DNA of 63,922 bases, filler included, from Olpidium bornovanus S191 (Eukaryota; Fungi; Olpidiomycota): NCBI GenBank assembly GCA_017911155.1. It is 27 parts of 27 records of this genome, joined end to end, with 100 filler letters (N's around TTAATTAATTAA, not from the genome) between each part and the next. Parts side by side here need not be neighbours in the genome. Positions count along the whole stretch, not along the records: positions 59,968 to 62,735 come from JAEFCI010005376.1; positions 62,836 to 63,922 come from JAEFCI010000632.1; 25 more parts are not named here. The stretch is one strand, 5' to 3'. Positions 62,725 to 63,922 of the stretch are shown here, piece by piece. A program made the translations under genes and the position numbers. The notes under the pieces were generated by a model. That model saw nothing but the letters and a program-made list of their open reading frames with translations, ran no database searches and had not been told where the DNA came from. Each line of letters opens with the position of its first letter. Positions within the stretch are counted from its first letter, which is position 1.

Positions 62725-63797
62725 CGGGGCCCCCCNNNNNNNNNNNNNNNNNNNNNNNNNNNNNNNNNNNNNNNNNNNNTTAATTAATTAANNNNNNNNN
62801 NNNNNNNNNNNNNNNNNNNNNNNNNNNNNNNNNNNCCTCGGAAGTTGTTGTGGAACCGAATGAAACGCCCGACGTAGAACCAAAATCCAAAACAAACCAC
62901 AAAGGGAGAAAAGAAAGCTTGAACCAAAAAATCTCGGCCTTTCGGTTCTGATCATGGGCAGGGGCCAAGTACTTCGCAAAAGACTCAAACGAAACAAGCG
63001 ACGCTGACGCGGGAGAAGTGGAAGCAATCATCAGGGGATGGAACTGCGTGGTTACCAAGCGTGTGTATCCCTTCTGCGACCTCGCGATTCTTCCACGTCC
63101 CGACATCCGGCTGCGGCCCATCTGCATTGCTTCTCGACCCTTTCAAGTACCCTGCCTGGACGAGACGTTTAGACGCCACTATGTTTTTTCAAAAAAATAT
63201 TTCGATAGATAATATGATGTCCCGTTACTGTGGGCACGACACCCATACAGTCCGCATGAAGAACAAGGCCACGCCTGTAGTACTGTTCGCACGAACTCAA
63301 ACAAGTTCCCGAAAGCTATCAAAGTCCGAAAGGGCGAGGCGTTTGATTAGAACGCAATATCGAGCACTGTTATAAACGAAAACGTCCTGCCGGCATTTTG
63401 GATGCGGACAGTGGTCCAGTGACCATGGCGATAATTATCCTCGAGCAGCAAGGGGGCGAGTGCCACACTTGATGCATGCATCTCGAGATCATCTTCTGCG
63501 CTGTACCAAGGCGCAACATTAGGCACTGTTCTCTTAGGAATGTCCACGCGCAACCGCCGCCGGACGGCTCACGGGGACCGGCGGACGGAAGCGGCGGTTT
63601 GCGGTTCAGGAGGTTCCGGGGTTTTATCCGGGCTGGAAATGATTGTTACGAGCGGAGGGGAGGTGTCGGATGATTTCAATGCTGTTTCCACAGTTTGACT
63701 GGATTTCAAATGCGTTTGTTGCGTCGTCGTCGTGGAGAGAGTTCCGAAAACAGATCACACCGAAAGAGAGGGAAAAAAAAAATATAAGAAAGGAAAG

Positions 63798-63837
<40 letters not shown>

Positions 63838-63886
63838 CCCCCCCCCACACCCCCCCCCCCCCCCCCCCACCCCCCCCCCCCCCCCC

Positions 63887-63922
<36 letters not shown>

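Overview
This is not one locus. It is 27 short contigs (about 1-7 kb) joined by an artificial 100-nt linker (N44-TTAATTAATTAA-N44). The DNA is GC-rich, intron-rich and eukaryotic. Fungal-type genes (SCT1/GPT2-like GPAT, PMR1, KHA1, PTC1-like PP2C, CAB4, CHD1, CHORD protein, HSP10, LMBD1, annexin, intersectin-like RhoGEF) occur with flagellar/transition-zone genes (RSPH14, TEX9, TMEM231). This points to a zoosporic early-diverging fungus; an Olpidium-like organism is plausible but is inference only. Most genes are partial, and gene identities come from recognised motifs, not database searches. Contigs 18, 20 and 21 are nests of decayed Ty3/gypsy and Ty1/copia elements. Most interesting observations: (1) a TE-like segment with a GCM-type zinc domain ORF directly upstream of a CpG-decayed histone H3/CenH3-like gene, with a perfect 22-bp inverted repeat; (2) an intron-containing SAM-methyltransferase + D-Ala-D-Ala-ligase-like ATP-grasp fusion gene; (3) a clean AT-AC minor (U12) intron in TMEM231; (4) two gypsy elements with a Ty5-like half-tRNA(iMet) primer site, apparently very short LTRs and GCC-rich leaders; (5) a degenerate 2A-like motif in a TE-like ORF. 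Gene neighbourhood is meaningful only within a contig.
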